64,000 nt of DNA, taken from positions 64,001 to 128,000 of the forward strand of contig CAXWPH010000007.1 of NCBI GenBank assembly GCA_963666055.2, written 5' to 3'. Numbering within the stretch: position 1 is the stretch's first letter; every line of letters begins with the position of its first letter. A program made the translations under genes and the position numbers. This document shows, piece after piece, positions 63,767 through 64,000 of this stretch. Source of the stretch: Acidobacteriota bacterium. Its GTDB lineage: Bacteria; Acidobacteriota; UBA890; WLXD01. The notes beneath the pieces were generated by a model. The model was not told the DNA's origin and made no database searches. It saw nothing but the letters and a program-made list of their open reading frames with translations.

Positions 63767-64000
63767 TCAGCCAGCGGCTCCTTCGATGGCGTAGATCTGC
63801 GCAACCAGCTGGCGCTCATTCGCGTACGTGAGACGTGAGACGGCCTGCGCCGGCGACAGCCAACGTACTGCATCAACCTCCGTGGCATCGATGTTGCCGA
63901 CGGCGGCCAAAGCGACCATGCGGATGAAGCAGACTGCCTTCGGCTTGCCGGCTACCAGGTACTCGACGGTGAACGACGGCCCGACGATTTGAGCCCCGTA
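63767..64000 (-). CDS. NUDIX-like hydrolase C-terminal part (runs off the window)
   Basis: KPKAVCF..EVDAVRWLS..A..RLTY..ER. Confidence 0.55.
   Translation of the reverse strand, partial: YGAQIVGPSFTVEYLVAGKPKAVCFIRMVALAAVGNIDATEVDAVRWLSPAQAVSRLTYANERQLVAQIYAIEGAAG

Overview
High-GC bacterial chromosomal window. Gene content (GWxTD-type protein, FG-GAP/choice-of-anchor B proteins, Cys-type CcmE, BMC-H + acylating aldehyde dehydrogenase) suggests Acidobacteriota; this is an inference. It carries about 55 CDS, including phnW, metH, iadA, mtaB, cysS, ribF, ccmEFH..ABCD, deoB, moaADE, rtcB, recA and an MltD-like gene, plus three tRNAs (Cys, Gly, Phe). Several single-base frameshifts and apparent deletions suggest an imperfect long-read/MAG assembly. 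Best novel candidate: an unannotated ~220-nt structured RNA at 24693-24914 (minus strand). It has two tandem ~95-nt hairpin domains with a near-identical core and compensated outer stems, enclosed by a 9-bp terminal helix. It starts exactly where a perfect sigma54 -24/-12 promoter predicts, lies ~100-135 bp from a candidate enhancer inverted repeat, and sits downstream of an orphan MacB/LolD-type ABC ATPase with its own sigma54 promoter. Other highlights: two ~278-bp CTAG-ended MITE families that share an ERIC-like inner module, one recurring at TAG stop codons; a decayed islet beside tRNA-Phe containing rtcB; a secreted beta-propeller cluster; and a two-gene microcompartment satellite locus.
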